Assembly: GCA_002269645.1 (NCBI GenBank)
Contig: NIVC01002816.1
Location: 1 to 48,726 of the forward strand
Source: Macrostomum lignano
Lineage: Eukaryota
Direction of reading: 5' to 3'
Length of the DNA: 48,726 nt
The notes under the pieces are model-generated. The model had not been told where the DNA came from, did not search any database, and saw only the letters and a program-made list of their open reading frames with translations. This document shows positions 12,570 through 24,216 of the stretch, in pieces. Position numbers and translations under genes: made by a program. Numbering within the stretch: the stretch's first letter is position 1; every line of letters begins with the position of its first letter.

Positions 12570-14348
12570 TATACTTTTTTAGTCTAGTTGCCACTGAAAG
12601 CGTTCAGTTTAATCATACTCGTGGCAAAATGAAAACTTAAAAAATTTGACGCTGTAGTACAGAATATCGTCAAAGTAGTCACATTTTGAGCACCTCTGAA
12701 TCAAGTACAGAGTACGAACCTGTATTTGTAAATGATGTAAATGTAAGTGCATGTAAATGACGACTGATTCAATACAAAAAGTACACCTTAGGTTAACGCC
12801 CTCAGTCTGTACCACAAGTCAGACTGTGGTCTGTATCAGTTTAGTACTAGCGTACGTAAACTAGACTGCCTACAATATTCTAATAATTAGTGATGGGGGC
12901 GGGGGCTGGTAAATCCTCACCTAAGATATGCTGACTACAGCACTGCAGCAGTCTATATTTTTTTTTATATTGACCCAAATTTAGAATCTAACAAAATGGT
13001 AAGAAATAAATTGATTAAATTTTAATTCTTCGATTTTCATTGCTTTTGAACATGGGCATAATCAGTACCAAGTAAATTAACAAGCTACAACTCAAGATGC
13101 TCCGATTTGAATGGGCGCCTAATCAAGCATCTCTATCGTATACGTTTCTAATCAAGTTTTCTGCCTTCTCTTTTATTTTGTCTTGCAGTGTTGGTTTTTG
13201 CAATTTCCTTTCCTTTTTGTTGCAACAAGAGCAACAGGATTAGATAGAAATTAATTTAAATCATTCTGGCTTGACTAATAACGCCTGGCTTACTATACCG
13301 GTAATATAACCAGCGTTGCAATGTCTTTGTCGTGAGTAGTCGAAATGCGTTCACATGTTTGTTAATTTTTTTATTGTTAAGTCAGCTCTTCGTTTTTGCG
13401 TTTAATTAATTGCTTCTTTCTTTGTGCCAGTTTTCTATAACAATACAAAGCATTGCGACCATATTTATTATACTACTGAAAGTAAATATTAACAACTCAT
13501 ATCCTGAATCTACTTGCGCATCTGTTGAAAAACTGGAGTACACTGCTTCTAATATTTTATCTCTTTAGTGCTGTACCTTAAAATCTAAAATATATCTATC
13601 TTGAAATTTTATTTTATTTATTAGTTGGAAGTGCATAATTTCGGGTTATTTACTTTTCCCCACTTTCCTTACTTTTCCTAACAATACATAGGAATACATA
13701 CAAATACATACATATATAGGAATACAATACACAATTATATATATATATATAATTCCACACTCTGTGGGCCTATGTATTCGCTTATTTTTGTTTTGTTTTT
13801 AGAAGAAAATCTGTTTAGAGATAGATTCGATACAGGTAGATTCGATACAATCTACAATTCTTGTCCTACAGTGTCCCAAGCTAGTATAAGATAGAAAATC
13901 TGTCTCTTTACGTTGAGTTCCAAGCTGTATTAAATTACTATGTAAGCAGTGCTTAAGTGCGTTAGTTACTGCCTAACCCTCAACCAACATCAAATTGAGC
14001 CATACGTCGATCACAAAGACAAAAGAGAAGTGCCCCGACACACTTGATAATTGCATGCTGTATACTCGTATACTGGTACTGTGTGCCTCAAAATTCATTA
14101 TTTACCTCAAGCATGGTGCTGAGTTTCATCTTGACACTAATCGCTGTAAAGATCGCTGCAAGTTGTCAACTGCAGCGTACTAGTAATAAGGTCGATCGGG
14201 CTCCTGTTACTGCAATGTGGTTCTCCTCACTTTGTATTAAAAGCAGTAAATTTACACTATGTTGTTTAACCAACTAATTTAGCTTGCAGTTCCTGACCGT
14301 TGATTATCGGTGAATTATCAATCGGACCATCTCTGGCTGGACAACGCC

Positions 14349-17300
14349 ATGAACTTCGCGGCACTTCTACTGGTGCTAAGGTCAGTCGAGGCCGTCGCGG
14401 ACTGCCTGCACCGTTTGCCGCGTCATTCGCCAGCCAGCGGCAGTCTGTGCGTTGATGACGGTTTCAAAACCGGCGGATTCTCTGCTCCGTCCTTAGCCAC
14501 GTCAATCGAGGGACCAGAGCTCGCTCGTCGAGAACGCGATGTTGTTGCAATTCAATCAGCTACAACTACTACTCAAATTACTGAGCCTCTTCGAATTCTG
14601 GTGCATTATGAACCTTCATTAGCTGCCGCCACAGATTCGGAGTCTGTCACTCTGCGGAGGCTTGTTGAAGATTCAGTTCTCTATTGGCAATCCGTGTTGT
14701 CGGTGCGTTTACGCTTTGGACTTCGTGTAAATGTTGTTTCTTAAGGCGATTTCAGCATCTACAGAGGGGCTTAAATTCTCGGCTTAGCGACCGATATTTC
14801 GCATCAAGTTAAGGTTTTTTTTAGCTAGAATGAAAACCGTATTGGAAGTTTTCAAAGACAAAGCAACTATCAGAAGATGTGTGGGTTTCCCAACAAATAT
14901 TTTTCCTCTGAACAGATAATTCGAACAAAAAAATGAATTCATGTTTTGGGATGCATTCCTTACTCTGACGCCACATTCAGCTTTAAAATTTAATAAGCAG
15001 AAATTTTCTGTCCTAAAGAAAAAACAATGGCATGAATGCAAAGCGTGTCCAATGACGAATTCAGTGGCATCCCTTACAAACACATTTTGGAAGCAAATAT
15101 CTCGGGAAATACAAAAGACAATCATGCGTCTAAGATGTCATTGCAAAGCTGAGACATGCGTCAAGAAGTGATAAAAGTTTCAGAGCAAATGATTGAAGCA
15201 TAGAGACGCAGCGATGATAAATCAAAGTTTCGGTTAATCAACGATCTTCAACCAAGATCAACCAAAACTTTGATTTATCGCTGCGTTTCTAGTTATATGG
15301 CAGAAGCTCATCTTAGAAATCCCAACGCGCAATGCATGCACAGGTGCGCCACCAGTCGTCGGCACCGCCTGTGGCATTCTGGCTGCCTAGGCCGTGCAAG
15401 TCCAACAAAGTCCGAGTTGTCCGCAGTCCAGTCACCGGCGCCTTCTTGCACTATTGCGCCGACGGGTGCTCCAGTTCCGCTTTCTGCGGCCACACCAGCG
15501 TGCCGGCCGCTCACCTGGACCTGTGCCGCGAGCTTACCCCGGCCCAAGATGGCGGCCGCCTCCAGCACAGCGGCAGTCGCGGCGCCGGAGTTCGCTGGCC
15601 TTATAACTACGCCCTGTACGTGTCCGCCTACGACACTGTGCGCTGCGGTGGGCCGGACAGTCAGACGCTAGGCTACTCGGCCCACTGCCAGCTGGATGGC
15701 CTGACTGACCGCCCCTTGCTGGGTACATCAATTTGTGCCGTCGTAGATCAGATAGAGGTCGGTCAACGTCTAGTAGTCGGTTTCTTGTCGATCCGGTGAG
15801 TGATTTGTTAATGGCTTTAGCAGAGATACTTAAGTGTCTGCTGCTAGAGACCTACGTGCAATAATTATCTGCGGACACAGAGTCAATGCAGTTTGCTATA
15901 CTTTCGCATGTCTCCACAACTCAGGCGGAGGCTCAGTACACAGCTAGGCACGAACTGCTTCACGCTCTGGGTGTCACGGCTACCCTATTCGCATTTATGC
16001 GCCAAGACAACGGCGTCCCGAGAACTCCGCGCAATCCCGCTACTAATATGCCTGCGTTGGGATTAATTGAGGACGACGGAGTAACACTGTATCAGTGGGG
16101 CAACGATACCGTTATTCAGGTATACCTGTGACTTACTTATTGAAGTCCGTTACTAAGTTTTCCATTAATTGTACGCTCCCCTCCGATCAAAAAAGCTTTG
16201 CCTTAACAAACGGCGTAAGGATTAACTCAATGTCAATGATTCTGCGTCGTTCTAGAAGCGTAGCGGACTAACTATCGGGCTACAAAAGGATAATTCCTAT
16301 GAAATCTCTGTATTTTAATGTACGAATATTTAATTATCATCTTAAATATTTCTCTGGGAGTTGCTGTTTTGATTTTTTATTGGGCTGAAAACACAACTTG
16401 AAATCAGAGCAATGGATTTTCACAAGCTACCTGATAAGTAGTGCATAGTCAAATTGTATCGATCGTGCTACTGTTTAATCTCATTTAATACCTGTAAAGC
16501 AAAAAAAAAAAAAATATCTAAACATGCGTCCTTAAGATCTTAAATAAAACTCACTGGTTTAAATGTAGTTTGGTGCTTGGTATTTCTACTGTTACTCGTA
16601 CGCTCGTAGATACCATAAAACTGCAGTGCTTTTTTCAAAAAAATACCAAGCCTAAGTCTAATAGAAACATTCTGCTGAGCGAATTTACGAATTCATTGCA
16701 GACCAAAGAGCCTTGGCGTTCCGCACGAGGTGTTTACAACCTAACCAGACACTACGTAGTCACGCCTCGCCTCGTTTCGTTAGTGCGGGCGCACTTTAAC
16801 TGTCCCAAAATGCCCGGCTTACCACTGGAGAATCAGGGCAAACTGGGCTCGGCGCTGACTCACTGGGAGAAGCGTCTTTTGGAAAGCGAACTCATGACCG
16901 CCGCATATACGGGCTCGTCTGTTGTTTCGGAGTTCACACTTGCCTTCTTAGAAGATACCGGCTGGTGAGAAATACAAAACGAATATTTTTAGTAAAAAAA
17001 CTAACTCTTCTACTGATCTACTATAGCATTTTTCAAGCCAATTGAGCCTAGGAGCAAGCAATTTAATCCTTAGTGGGAAAATCAAGCTATTGAAGACTTG
17101 CTTTTCATCGTCTATGGCCCGAAGGGGGTCTGTGGAGCAACCAATTTGAGAATTCTGGCGCGCAATTAATCCTTTCCATAGTTGTGCAAGCCTTAAACCA
17201 TAGTAAAGAACAGATTTCATTAGACAGACATAGATATGGCAGACGAAGAATTTAGCGAGCAGAGCAGTGACGAAAGTTTTGCTACAGCCCAAGATGCAGT

Positions 17301-18768
17301 GGATGAGCAGAATCCTGCAGGGCAAGAACCCTATCGCAAGATAAGCAACGAAAAGTACGACCTGATTGTCGCTGCTGCCATCGAGAGAGGTGATAGTGCT
17401 GAGCACATTTCGCGATGGCTGGACGTAAAGAGAAAAACTGTGTATTCTATCAGGCGTCGCTATGGAATCACGAAAAATGTCTATGGCAGATTTCCTCGGA
17501 GTAGCGTGTAGGATTAGTTATGTCTATGTGCCAACTTCATATGACCCTGACCCTCACAATTTTTCTATTTTTAATTTATTCGTCTTCACTGGGATCATGA
17601 ACCCATGTCAATGACGCGCTCTTTAGCGTTTAAAGTCCTATCAAAACTGCACAGTACATACCTTGAAGATCCGGTTAGAAAAAGGCATGTATAAGAAAGA
17701 TCTATATAATTTTGACTTGTTTCTAAAACTGTGCAATCTCGAGTAGTTTTTGACGCAATCAACGCGATTTCATTACTGTCATTTTTCCTTCTCCGATCAA
17801 AAAAGCTTTGCCTTAATCGATTTCATTATTGCATCACTCATTGCAGGTACTCTGCAAACTATTCAACGGCTCAGCCAATTGCCTGGGGTCGCAATCTAGG
17901 CTGCAAGTTTGTCTACAATAGCTGCTACGACTGGATGGTGTCGCATCATCAATCGGCCTGGCCTTACTGCAATTTGGCACCGAAGCATACTGGGCCTCGG
18001 GGAGACGCCATGCTTCGCACTGGCTGCTCCGATGATCGCCGCTCCAAGCGGTACTGCAATCTGGATGAGCTGTCTAATGAACTACCGCTGGAGTATCAGT
18101 ACTTTGGCGGCGATGTCAACATTCAGCAGGCTGGTCTATCTCCGGGAGGTGTGAAACTTCTAAGCTCAGAATCCTTTACTCGCTACGGTGGTACGAGTCG
18201 CTTTGCCGACTATTGTCCTTATCCTCAGGCCTACACTACCTTGAGCAAATCCACTGATCGCAATTCTGACTGTTTTCGAATTGGCAATCAGCCAGTGAAA
18301 TCGGCTAATCCCGGCATGGAGCTGTTCGGATCGAAATCCGTATGCCTCATCCAGCCTGAGCCATTCCAATTGCAGTTCTGTGGTCGCAGGCACGCGGCCG
18401 CCACATACGGCAGCGGTTGCTATCCTGTTCGGTGCCCCCCAGCAACCGGCGGCGCGCCGATTGTCACCTTGGCTGGTGGTAGAGAATTCGCCTGTCCAGT
18501 TGGTGGCGGCAAAGTGGATTTTTCTTTAGCTGGGAACTACAGCCTGTACTATGGCAGTTTAGTGTGCCCTCCGTGCGCTCAGCTGTGCTCAAAATATTCT
18601 AACTGTTCCCCATCAGTGTCGAAACTTCTGCAGCCGCCGCGGCTATCGTTGAATGGCATCCATCTGGAACCACCATGTCTCTCGTCAAGTGCCGCTCGTC
18701 AGACTGTTGGGTTGTTGATCCACCTTGCCAAACTGTTTAGCATATTTTGTATTTCACTTCTGCAGTGA
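14349..18768 (+). CDS. LMLN: Leishmanolysin-like peptidase / invadolysin (M8 metallopeptidase), about 728 aa. Exons 14349-14702, 15344-15795, 15925-16119, 16702-16964, 17847-18768.
   Basis: Signal-like start, CQLDGLTDRPLLG-YINLC, zinc motif HELLHALG, HWEKR, Met-turn ELMT, EDTGW|Y, GGTSRFADYCP and a hydrophobic C-terminus (GPI-like). One extra G is needed at 15721-15723. Confidence 0.92.
17236..17511 (+). mobile_element. Tc1/IS630-like transposase N-terminal HTH relic in an LMLN intron
   Basis: RKISNEKYDLIV...ERGDSAEHISRWLDVKRKTVYSIRRRY resembles the first HTH of Tc1-type transposases. No DDE domain or clear TIR was seen. Confidence 0.55.
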
Positions 18769-19033
18769 GTTTTTTGAACTTTATTGCCTAATGTGCGTGC
18801 AAATCGTTTCAAAATACCTTATTAGATCGTGTACTTAATAAAGCATTCTTTTTTCGAGTTTAAATCAGGAAAGCACGAATCCTATTTGAGCCTTATTGAT
18901 ACACGTATTATTATTCCTGTATAAAAATTCTACCGTTTGTTTTTTATTTATGGTTTTTTATTTTATATTTTAGAGAATAGAGGGTCACCATTTTAGCCTG
19001 TGACCGTGTTTTGTGAACGCTTTCTCTCTAGGA

Positions 19034-19259
19034 CAGGGGTCAGCAAAGTTTTTTACCTTGAGCACCAGATCGAGAACCTAGCGCATAAATGTGGGTCAGA
19101 GGAGAGGAGAGAATAGTGAAGAGAGATGAGATATCGGAGAAAGGAGGGGCGAGAGGCTAAGCGAGGCGAAAAAAGAGGAGATTAGAGAAAAGACAGCTGA
19201 GAGATCAACCTAGAGAGGCTTTGTGGGCCGCATGTGACTTGCGGGCCTGTCGACCCCTG
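19034..19259. mobile_element. 226-bp hAT-type MITE with purine-rich core
   Basis: TIR CAGGGGTC...GACCCCTG. Perfect 8-bp TSD CTCTAGGA at 19026-19033 and 19260-19267. Confidence 0.88.
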
Positions 19260-19682
19260 CTCTAGGATCATCGATCGTGGAACTTTCGATCGATTTCGAT
19301 CGATCGTGGGGCAGCTCGTAAAAAGGTCTTAAATCTTAAATATTTTCACTGTTAGTGACAGTGAAACATTACAAATGTACGCAATAACTACCACAATGCT
19401 ACTTGTGTTACATATTTTCTTCAATCTTTAAGACAAAGTACTCCTAAAGACTAGATATCGGCTCTATCGCTCTATTCTAAGCATATATATTTGAAACACT
19501 TTATTGTAAATTTAATCAATTTCAGCATTTTCATAGCTCGTGCAGATTTATAGAGGTTTGACTATGAATAACTCGGCCTTTCTATTTTCCTTCTTTGACT
19601 AAACTCTAAACTTCATTTTGTAACGCTTCAACTTGGTGATCATTTATATTAAAAAGGTTTTATACTTATATCATTACAGTTG

Positions 19683-20603
19683 ATGTTAATAAATTTGCGC
19701 AATGGCTTGCTTCTTGTAATACGCTCGTATGTTACAACAGTTTCTGGTGTTGACCGCGCCCCCCGATTGCCTGGGGGAGGGGGGGTGACGGAGGTCTGTG
19801 ATGCAGCGGCCACCACGTTGAGTACCACTATCTGTTCCATCTTTTCCGTCTTACTGGCCTGCTGCCTGGGTACCTTTGACCATCGACCATCACAAATATA
19901 ATCCGTAATCCCTTTCGTAACAATCAAACTGTAAAAGCAAAAGCAGCGAGTCTCAATTCTCATTTCATCTCATCTTACTCTTGATGAACTGCCTAATGCT
20001 TCGTTTATTGTATTCTACTCGTACTAGTACTACTAATACAACCCGATAACATCACTAGCTAGTTTGCGAATCTTGTCACATTCACTACCAATTTCTTTGT
20101 TCGGGGTGCAAAACTGGTGACAGCGCGGCGCTCACGGCGGGTCCACCCCAACTGCCAGCCGACAATTGCCAGCCGACAACTGCCAGCCGACAATTGCCAG
20201 CCGAAAACTGCCAGCCGACAACTGCCAGCCGACAACTGCCAGCCGAGAAAACTGCCAGCCGGAAAACTGCCAGCCGAGAAAACTGCCAGCCGGAAAACTG
20301 CCAGCCGACAACTGCCAGTCGACAATTGCCAGCCGGAAAACTGCCAGCCGGACAAGTGCTAGCTGGAGTACCACTAATATTAATGCAGACAGCTGTAAAA
20401 AATATAGCTCGGACTACGTGTACGTCATCCGTGCCGAAAGCTACTGCCCCCAACCTGTCCAGGACGTCCTGCTCACCATGCAGGGCCTGTTCAGGGGGGG
20501 GGGGCAGGCTCAAACTCAGCGATATGTGGACTCACTGGACTGCCTGCTGTGCGACGCCAATGCGCTGGACACCGCCGGCGGGTGGACTTCGTTCTCTTGC
20601 TAG
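19683..20603 (+). CDS. Putative small Cys-containing orphan gene. Exons ~19683-19869 and 20389-20603.
   Basis: A phase-1 donor at 19870 and acceptor at 20388 join ...FSVLLACCL|DSCKKYSSDYVYVIRAESYCPQP...LDCLLCD...FSC* in frame. Exon 2 is GC-rich like other exons, and AATAAA lies near 20764. No family recognised. Confidence 0.3.
20149..20355. repeat. 14-16 bp tandem repeat (ACTGCCAGCCGACA / ACTGCCAGCCGGAAA)n, about 14 copies
   Basis: Tandem units read directly; they explain the overlapping repetitive ORFs at 20059-20643. Confidence 0.9.
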
Positions 20604-21042
20604 CCCTGCGGCGAGCCATTGGACACTGTCCCTATTTCTGTAACTCTTGGGCTAATGTAATTTATTGTTCATGTTGTTTCTATAGCTCGTATTAGAAGCT
20701 ATTCTACGGGGCTTTAGCTCGTACATCAGTGGCGTAACTCGTAATTCAGAGCTTGAAACTTAAAATAAACTGTCTACATTACACACTCAGACTTGTAATA
20801 GGTATAAAATTTGCACAGCAGAACTTTTCCTTTTAATAAAACTGAAGTGTGACTAACAGAATTTATCTGAATTCGATCGAATTTTGCTGACCTACAAAGC
20901 TTTGCTTGGCTTATTTGCTACATGAAATTTAAAGACTAACAAAACAACAGATCATGTTCATGTTCATGATCTTCTCATGTTTATGCAAAATAAAAAAGGA
21001 ACGAAACAATTATAACAGGAAAATAGTAAAATTTATTTCTGA

Positions 21043-21420
21043 TAGCTATATCAGCAAATGCGCTCGCTAACTGCGTAGGCAAAGTGTGCAGTAAAAATGC
21101 TGGTCAGTTAAAAGTAGGTATAGTATTACTATACTAAAAACTAGAAAAGCTGACAACTGCATTAATCATCACATAAAAGTAATAGTAAAAAGGAGTTATA
21201 TAATTTCGATCAACTTTGGAAACAATAGGGATTTTTCTAATCGTGTTTGTGATCCAGAAATCAGGACAATTAGTAGAATTTATTATTTTCGATAGATATA
21301 CTAGCAAATGCGCCCGCTAACTGCGTCGGCAAAGTGTGTAGTAAAATAAAAGCTGGCCAATGAAAAATAGGTAAAATTTTACTATAATAAAAACAGCCTA
21401 TTTTTGCAACTGCAATAATT
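21043..21420 (+). mobile_element. Two diverged direct copies of a Helitron/Helentron-like end sequence
   Basis: (T)AGCAAATGCGCYCGCTAACTGCGTMGGCAAAGTGTG begins ~120-bp copies near 21053 and 21303. The ACTAG plus GC hairpin start resembles rolling-circle non-autonomous elements (inference). Confidence 0.45.
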
Positions 21421-21544
21421 ATCGCATTTTAGAAGTAATTCAAAATTAATTAGCTTCGTACCGTCAAAAAAAACAAAAACGGCTGACAAGTAAATACACT
21501 AAACACAAACGCACCCGCTAATTGCACAGGCACTAAAACTGTCT

Positions 21545-22024
21545 GTAAACTACGATCAGCGCTCCAACTCCTCCACGGCCTCGCTCATCCGCTGAGGTGT
21601 ACCAGAGTGTCCAACCGGCACCCAGGTCCTCACAGTGAAGTCTGGGGTCGGCTCTGATAGACACCTCCTGTAGTGCGATGACATCACAGCTGAGGTCGAG
21701 CGCTAGCCTCGCCAGCAGCCCTCTCCGCCATGTGGCCTTGAGAGTGCGGCAGTTCAGCGTCCCGACCCGAAGCGTGCCCTCTGGTACGGCTGGGGCTCTG
21801 TGCTGGTGAGCCTCATGGTCCCCGGCGCCACCCGGAAGATCCAATTGGGCCAGCGCAGCAGCAGCTCGGCGGGCGGCGCCACGTTGCCGACCTCGCCAGT
21901 TTTGCTCGCGACGGCGTTCGACTCGCCGACGCGCGCTCCGCTGCCCTCGCTTGGTCCTGCCGCATTTGGCCGCCGCAGCAGTTAAGCGCGGCTCTCCGCT
22001 CTCACCACGAGGAGGTAGCGGCAT
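21545..22024 (-). mobile_element. Non-LTR retrotransposon (RTE-like) 5' fragment: N-terminal AP endonuclease
   Basis: LRVGTLNCRTL...DVIALQEV...GGVGALI are APE motifs I-III. The sequence breaks off at about 21550, with no RT domain. Confidence 0.85.
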
Positions 22025-23394
22025 TTATCTGCACCGTGGTGCAAATAAATTAAGACATGCAATAAATTGAGTCTTCGCAGTAAGAGACCGTCTTTACGGC
22101 CTCTTATTGCACGATGCATTATCAATAAGTTGGCCAAAAAATGCACGAATAAATTAAGTCTACTAAATACGAAAAACACAAGGTATTTCTGCAGAAAATA
22201 TTCACACACAGGTGCTCAACCATTCTAGTGTTCATATTGTCCTCTTAATCCGCTCGACATAGCTGTACTTGTTTCAACTTCAACTTCAGCTTCAAATTTC
22301 AACTTCGGTTTTTGCAAGAGTGCGTTCATTTCTGGCAGATTAGCCAAATCTAGCAGTCAGCCACATTAAATGCCTATGGCAGAAACTGCAAACAGCCAAA
22401 TATAAGCCAAGTCATATAAGCCATAAGCCAAAAGCCATACAGCCAAGGAGACAATATAAAGCCAAAAGCTGAGCCCGTTTATCACCCTGAATTCTGCCGT
22501 CAAGCAATTTTGCCCAGCCCGAAACTCCCATTTTCTATTTAAATTAAAGTTAAATTAAAAAAAAACATAGAAAATGACTTTCAAAAAATTATTTCAGCTC
22601 TGTTTTATTTGGAAGTATTCAATAGTATCCCGTAAAATCTTTAAGCCTATGTTTTATATGAGATGAACGTGCCTTTTGAGGGAGCAATTTGTATAAATCT
22701 CCAGGGCCGAAAAAGAATTTTTATCTACTACATGAAGCTTCGTCTTGCAGTAGGAGAAAGTATCCTAGTCTTGCAAGTGGACTTAGTTAACGATTTAATG
22801 ATTCAATTTTGGCCACAGACACATTGCTTGGCTTTGAACTGAGAAAGGGCTTTTTGCTGAAAAAGATTTTTGCTGATAGCTCAATTTTATCTATACATGA
22901 CATAAATTAAGTGGATAGCTTAGTTATTCATTAAAAAGCTTGTCTAATAAACTCTCTTCAGCATACAATTTGAATTCAAGATGTCGGGATCTCGCCACTT
23001 TGCTGAAGCAGCCCGCAAAATTGTTTACAAATCCGACCGCGGCGCCAAAGCCAGAGAAGAGCGATGGAAAGCGCGTTGCCTGATGGAGCAGCAGCAGAAA
23101 AAGCAGGAACAGGAGGAGCAAGAAAAGCAGCAGCAAGAGCAGCTCAAGAATCTTGCTTTAGAAATGGGATTTCTATAGGATAGAGAAGACCAGAAGAAGC
23201 CAGATGACACAGAAAAGAAGCCTCAGATTCGGGACCAGAATGAAATGGCCTGCGCCTGTGGAGAACGATGTCGATTCTCCGTTGTTGTGGCAAATTTGTC
23301 CAGGTAAATTTGGTCTCAGCTTTTGTTTGTATATTTAGATTATCAATGTCACTGTCTATACGCGAGACAAACCGCATTTTTACATAAAAAGGTT

Positions 23395-23540
23395 TGCGAC
23401 AATTGACTACCAATCTATAAATCTAGCCACAACAATAAGCCTAACTCTAACATTGAGCAAAACCTAATCTCAAACCTGACATAAATCCTAACCCTAACCT
23501 TAACCCAAACCCTGAACTAAACCTAAACCGTCGCCAATAG
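23395..23540. repeat. Degenerate telomere-like (CCTAAC/CCCTAA) tract, related to the elements at 9232 and 10391
   Basis: CCTAACCCTAACCTTAACCCAAACCC preceded by GACAATTGACTAC. Confidence 0.6.
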
Positions 23541-23629
23541 AATAACAGTATCCTATACATGAACCTTGCGTGTTAGAGAACAAGAAATCGCAGCCTGCAC
23601 ATGCAGTGCAGTGTGTGCTGTTGCGTTCT

Positions 23630-24196
23630 CATCCGATTGTCGCGTAAGTGCAGGTCGGCAGACCGGGATGGCACCATCCTTGAGTCGGATGCTCAGTTGA
23701 TGCAAGGCTTCCTGCAGATTGATGTTGGAAGTCTGCAGCAGTGTGCGCCTGAGTTGCTCAGAGTGACTGCCGGCAACGACCTGATCTCGGATGAGCGAGT
23801 CATGCAGATCAGAAAATTCGCAGCTTTCCGCCGTCTTGTAGAGCCGACTGACCCATGCATCAATGCTCTGATTCGGCTGTTGAACACAATTTCTGAACTC
23901 ATACCGTGAAAAACCACGCAGTTTCGACAGGTAAAGTAGTCTTTGAATGCCTTGATAAGTTGGTCGATGGTCTCTCCTGTAATGGTCATTTGCTTGTAGA
24001 GTTCGGCCAGTTCTTTGCCGCCCGTGTAGAGCAGGACTTGTCTTTGCTGGGCCGTGTCCCTGACGCCCGAAGCGGGAATAAAGCGCAGGAACCACGAAGA
24101 CCAATTCTTCAACCGTGATGCGAGCGTGTGCGATTCTCTGAGGGGAGGGGAGGGCAGTGCGTTTATTAGATAGGGCACCCAGTCCAGAAGCAGCAC
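23630..24196 (-). mobile_element. Decayed Gypsy/Ty3 gag, frameshifted and fused by deletion to a pre-RT linker fragment
   Basis: W..WF.RF..ASG...LLYTGG, RYEFRNCVQQPNQSIDAWVSRL..CEF..L.DSLIRDQVVAG are gag motifs. They are followed directly by LSIRLKDGAIPV, which resembles the linker before RT. Confidence 0.85.
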
Positions 24197-24216
24197 AATA
24201 AGAAATAGTGCCAGCG

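Noticed and set aside
9456-14349. NOL6-CNPY-LMLN as a trans-spliced operon with a leader-supplied AUG
   Set aside because: Spacers are 1.1-1.8 kb. The AG sites checked near the CNPY start are out of frame for a donated AUG, and the acceptor at 14289 could be an ordinary 5' UTR intron. It cannot be supported without SL reads.
20059-20513. Multiple repetitive ORFs on both strands
   Set aside because: They are produced by the 14-16 bp tandem array.
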